Source of the DNA: Leucoraja erinacea
Lineage: Eukaryota
Reading direction: 5' to 3'
Length of the DNA stretch: 64,000 nucleotides
NCBI RefSeq assembly: GCF_028641065.1
Contig: NC_073408.1
Coordinates: forward strand, 13,516,001-13,580,000
The notes below the pieces were generated by a model that saw only the letters and a list, made by a program, of their open reading frames with translations, was not told the origin of the DNA and did not search any database. Below, piece by piece: positions 62,471 to 64,000 of the stretch; the first letter of the stretch is position 1; each line of letters begins with the position of its first letter. The position numbers were made by a program, and so were the translations under genes.

Positions 62471-62639
62471 GGTCCCCTTGCAAGCTTCACACAACTATAA
62501 ACTCCTTTGGTAAGCTGAAGCTCCAACTGGTCCAACTGGTCACTGTAAATATCCTTGCCGTATTTTGCCTATCAGAATATTCCCTCTACCATGGCTCTCA
62601 CAGTTCCTGCCCTATTAAAAACCCACATGAGATAAGTTT

Positions 62640-62772
62640 GTGTAGGAAGGAACTACAGACGCTGGTTTAAACCGAAGATAGACACAAACAGCTGGAGTAA
62701 CTCAGCGGGTCAAGCAGCATCTCTGAAGAAAAGGAATAGGTGACGTTTCGGGTCGAGACCCTTCTTCGGACT
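62640..62772 (-). mobile_element. Solo pLTR with hammerhead variant (62742-62769)
   Basis: Reverse complement reads ccgaagaagggtctcgacccgaaacgtc (U4 changed to C). Confidence 0.85.
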
Positions 62773-62779
62773 CTAGTAC

Positions 62780-63050
62780 TTTCAGAATTAAAGGACGTTC
62801 TTTTAGGATGGAGATGAGGAGAAATTTCTTTTGTCAGAGGGTGGTGAATCTGTGGAATTCAGAAGGCTGTGGAGGCCATCAGTGGATATTTTTAAGGCAG
62901 TGATAGATAGATTCTTGATTACTACAGGTGTCAGAGGTTATGGGGAAAAGGCAGGAGAATGGGGTTAGGAGGGAGAGATGGATCCGCCATGATTAAATGG
63001 TGGAGTAGACTTGATGGGCTGAATGGCCTAATACTATGCTTTATGACCAT
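62780..63050 (+). mobile_element. CR1/HER1 LINE 3' end
   Basis: gagatgaggagaaatttcttt..cagagggtggtgaatctgtggaattc...gatgggctgaatggccta. Confidence 0.85.
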
Positions 63051-63592
63051 TTGTTCTCATTTTAATGCGTTATGTAATGCCCATGCAGACCGAGATGGCC
63101 CATCTGCAGTAGACACACTTGCCTGTATTTGACCCATATCTCTGGAAACTTTTGCTCTCCTGGTACCTGTCCAAATGTCTTTTAAATGTTGCTGTAGTTC
63201 TTGCCTCAACTGCCATGTCTAACAGCTTGTTCCATGTACACACTATGACGCTCCATGTGAAGCGTTTGCGGAGATGGTAAATCTATTGAATGTGATCTAG
63301 CTGAATTCCCTGAATTCTGGAGAGATCACAGGGAATTGGTGAACTGCAAATATAAGGATAGAGGCAAAGTAGAAAACTACTGGCCGGTTCGTCCAACATC
63401 TGTGATTGGGGAAAATGTTGGTGTTCATTATTAAGGAGGTTAAAAAAACAAAGTCATAAATAAGACAATTAAGCTGATTTTATAAAATGGAAATGGTGTT
63501 TATCAAATTTGCCAGAGTTCTTCAAGGATGTAACATACAGGGTGGAGTTAGAAACCAGCAGATGAGACTTCACAGACAACCTCCCAGCTAAA

Positions 63593-63854
63593 GGGAGGCA
63601 CAGTGGCACAGCGGTAGAGTTGCCACCTTACAGCTCTAGAGACCTGTGTTCGATCCTGACTATGGGTGCTGTCTGTATGGAGTTTGTACATTCTCCTTGT
63701 GACCACATGGGTTTTCTCCGGGTGCTTTGATTTCCTTCCACTCTCTAAGTACACTTTGTAGGATAGTGTTAGTGTACGGGTTGATAGCTGGTCAACATGA
63801 TCTTGGTGGGCCGAAGGGCCTGTTTCCACGCTGTATCTCTAAAGTCTAAAGTCT
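63593..63854 (+). mobile_element. HE1-type SINE
   Basis: A box tggcacagcgg, B box gttcgatcc, tail tgggccgaagggcctgtttccacgctgtatctctaaagtctaaagtc. Confidence 0.9.
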
Positions 63855-64000
63855 GACGCTGGAAGGACAAGAGTGGGAACACCACAAACTGCAAGTTGCC
63901 CTCCAAGCCACACACCATCCCAGTTGAAAATATATTGCTGTCTCTTCATTGTTGCTGGGCTCAAATCCTGAAAATGTCAATATTTCATGAACAAGCCTGC

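Noticed and set aside
1-64000. Short ORFs from the six-frame track as host genes
   Set aside because: No recognisable host protein; those with recognisable motifs are retroelement fragments with stops or frameshifts, and the rest fit chance ORFs

Overview
Eukaryotic, AT-rich, non-coding (intronic or intergenic) DNA from a cartilaginous fish, most likely a skate or ray. This is inferred from the repeat complement: HE1-type tRNA-derived SINEs, HER1/CR1 LINE tails, and Penelope, Rex1/Babar, L1, RTE, Vingi and DeuSINE relics. No intact host gene, RNA gene or CRISPR array could be supported. The recognisable ORFs are decayed retroelement fragments and the rest look like chance ORFs. The most notable signal is a family of about 20 short Penelope-terminus (pLTR) insertions carrying a minimal type I hammerhead ribozyme motif (CUGAAGA-A-GGGU[YUYG]RCCC-GAAAC-GUH). 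They occur as TSD-flanked solos that begin at the ribozyme core, as a tandem double hammerhead (2915-3057) and as a near-perfect head-to-head palindrome (32291-32481). Other items of note are nested PIF/Harbinger MITEs, a CpG-rich non-coding family with Rex1-like tails, and locally templated direct and inverted insertions at 8.7-9.6 kb. Family names come from pattern recognition only, with no database search. Coordinates of decayed repeats are approximate.
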